DNA of 49,663 nucleotides, counting the filler, from Rhizocarpon geographicum (taxonomy: Eukaryota), in NCBI GenBank assembly GCA_964257585.1. It is 2 parts of 2 records of this genome, joined end to end, with 100 filler letters (N's around TTAATTAATTAA, not from the genome) between each part and the next. Parts side by side here need not be neighbours in the genome. Positions count along the whole stretch, not along the records: positions 24,894 to 49,663 come from CAXVFU010000330.1; 1 more part is not named here. One strand, given 5' to 3'. How positions within the stretch are numbered: the stretch's first letter is position 1; the number at the start of each line of letters is the position of its first letter. The position numbers and the translations under genes are program-made. The notes under the pieces are model-generated. The model had not been told where the DNA came from. It saw only the letters and a list, made by a program, of their open reading frames with translations, and did no database searches. Shown in pieces: positions 47,284-49,663 of the stretch.

Positions 47284-49247
47284 TCAAGTTGTGCTCTTTC
47301 CAACGTGCACGGGACAACCGTCAGAAGCTGACATGACCAGAGTTATTTTCTGTCTTTCGTAAGACATCCTCGGAAGCCCTTCGCTTTTGTGAGAGGAATA
47401 CGCCGTCCAGGACTGTTTCTGAGGAGCTTCGAACCGGGCTTCTCTGATGGATGGAAAGGCCTGCAGAAGTCGGACGACCGCGAACGACGCCTCGGTGAGA
47501 CCGAAGTCCTCTGTATATGCCAAGCGATATGTCAGCTCCAGTCAATATTATAGCAAGCCCTGAAAGATCTACTCACGCCCGAGACAAACCCTAGGACCAG
47601 AATTGAACGGGAGGTAGCCCCAATTTGCAGATGTGGTATCGTGATAGAGTGGCAGGTTTGAGTCTTCCCATCGATCTGGACGGAACTGCTCGGCATCCTC
47701 CCCGTAAAGGTCTTTCCGTCGATGCATCACGTATACGCAATACGCAACGTTTTCACCACGTCGAACAAGAAACGGCAAGGCTCCATCAATTCCACCTCCG
47801 ACTGGAAGAATGGTAGTCTGGTACGCAGTTCGTGTGTTTACAGGTACCGAGGGGAACAGGCGGAGAGCTAATTCATTTAGCGTTACGAATCAGTCCCAAG
47901 TCCTGTCGGATATTCTGGAGGAACTCAGGAGCGACTTACTTTCTTTAAGAATGTTCGTCAGGAACGTCATCTTCTTTAGGTCTTGCCGCTTAATGTCAGG
48001 GCTGTCGCCGACCACAAGCAGAATTTCCCTGCGGAGTTTCTCTAGAACAGGTGGATGTTGCACAAGCATACGGCTACAGATCGATCAGCTTTGATGGAGA
48101 GGAAGTGTACGCAGAAAGCAACAACTAACAATGTCCAGGTCAGTAAGCACGCTGTCGTATCTCTACCGGCCAGTAGGATATTTATTAATTGATCTCTTAA
48201 AGCGTTGCGATCTTGTGAAGCCTGAGCAACAGCATCAAAGAAGACATAACGGCTAGTGGCCTCTTGATTGGCCTCTGGATTTTGCTGACGCTTTTCGATG
48301 ATCTCTTCAACAAAGCGTTGTACTGATGCACAAGAACTTCGAAATTTCGAGCCACCAATAAGCCAGTAAAGGTCCAAGAGGCGAAAGCGCTTGACGATGT
48401 ATTCTTGAGCAGTGTCGAAGTCCTTTGCAAACCTCTTTCCCCCCGCAGAACGATCGGATATCAAACTGTAGGTGGACTCCCCAAAGAGAAAAGCGGTAGT
48501 TGTGTCCAACGTGAAGAGGAAAAAAAGCGGTTGAAGATCTACGGAATCACTTTGCTCCGACACACGTTGGATCAGATTATCAATATGATCACGAAAGATA
48601 TCTAGGTCTCGATATTGCTGTCTTGAAAATTGTGGGCGCAAGAGCTCGCGAGAATGCTTCCATGCCGCACCATCTTGGGTGAAGATGCCATCTCCAAGCA
48701 GAGGGAAGAAAATCTGACGGCGAAGCCCGTATCCAAATTCTGTGCACATGTGAGATTTGAGGGTCGTCCTTGCCTTGTTGAGGTGCAAACGCACCCTCGA
48801 ATTGTGTTGACAGCATTGCCTCCAGATTCCTTGGTTCAATCGTTCCGAAAGCTCTCGTCCCCAAGAACTTCTGCTCCAACGTAGTCCCGACATCTCTGAA
48901 ATGGAAGGTGAAGAGGTCCATCAGACGTTGATTCGCATTAGCTTGCCAGATCTGCATCAATCGATCTATACCCAGTGGCCATGCATTTTGTAGCCGGTGA
49001 GGAGGCTGACAGCCATGATTTCGGCCAAAAGCAAGATCTGACTGAGCACATGTCAGAACATCAGGTTTACAGTATAAGCTGATGAGAATATAATCATGTT
49101 CTATCTAAGCAGTACCTTGTATTCGCGGTATCTATTAATTCCTCGATAAAGCAACCAGGCAAAGACAAGGGCTACAACAAATTGCGACAGGAACGAGTGA
49201 CAGATCCCGGCATAAGCCTTTTCGATTACAGAGGACTGGGATCTCAT
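47284..49247 (-). CDS. Cytochrome P450, CYP52 clan (alkane/fatty-acid hydroxylase-like)
   Basis: It has an N-terminal membrane anchor, [33 protein letters not shown] and heme motif [10 protein letters not shown]. Introns are 49115-49042, 48794-48740, 48129-48074, 47939-47868 and 47576-47511. Confidence 0.93.
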
Positions 49248-49610
49248 AAACGTAGAATTATATATAAGACAGGGAATACATCAAATATTTCGATGAAAAA
49301 AGCGTAGTTCTCTTCAGACAAAAACAAAAAGACAATAATAACAGGATGGGAATCAACACTGAGTACCAAATTAGATACTCCGTACGGAGTACTGCTAGTT
49401 GAGTGTGACTAAGGTATCTAATCAACCAATAAGACTGTGTGTCTAAGCGCTTGCTGGTGGCTTGGACACATTGGCCTCCGTAGAGCGCCAGAGTTTGCGG
49501 TACGGTCCGCAATCGACCGAATCACACTTTTCATTGTTTCCATCGACCATCACAGCATTATTGAGCGAATAGAAATCGTTATGCAGTTGATTCTGAAGCA
49601 CTGCGATCAC

Positions 49611-49663
49611 TGTTAAGGATCGCCTCTCAGCCTTATGTAATTAGCCGAGTATATGTAGCCGCT
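49611..49663 (+). mobile_element. Second copy of the mini-LTR, cut by the window end
   Basis: It matches 42640-42696 except for a 4-nt indel (CCGAACGAGT vs CCGAGT). It is preceded by ATCAC. Confidence 0.85.

Noticed and set aside
42640..49663. One 7-kb LTR retrotransposon, or a Starship-like element carrying cargo
   Set aside because: The left LTR has its own duplication on both sides, and the interior holds intron-containing host genes. I saw no gag, RT, integrase or tyrosine-recombinase motifs.

Overview
Eukaryotic DNA from a filamentous ascomycete (Pezizomycotina), with short GT-AG introns carrying CTAAC/CTGAC-like branch points. About 1-35 kb is conserved core genome: a bZIP factor, a PmaA-type P3A H+-ATPase, a PAF-acetylhydrolase, VPS28, white collar-2 head-to-head with RAD50, a repeat-rich GPI-type surface protein, DRS1 (cut by an assembly gap), CPS1/Dip2 and an Hsp20. 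About 35.5-49.7 kb looks accessory: an uncharacterised protein with a PARP-type zinc-finger-like motif, a Tri101-like acyltransferase, degenerate gene relics, a stand-alone SesB-like hydrolase, a CYP52-clan P450 and two copies of a 100-bp LTR (one is a solo LTR with a perfect 5-bp target-site duplication). The most unusual signals are a RAD50 start codon that appears to need a GC-AG intron plus a 2-nt microexon, the compact wc-2/RAD50 bidirectional promoter, and the mini-LTR family. Exon boundaries were read by eye and family calls come from motif recognition, not database searches. I found no clear novel multi-gene system.
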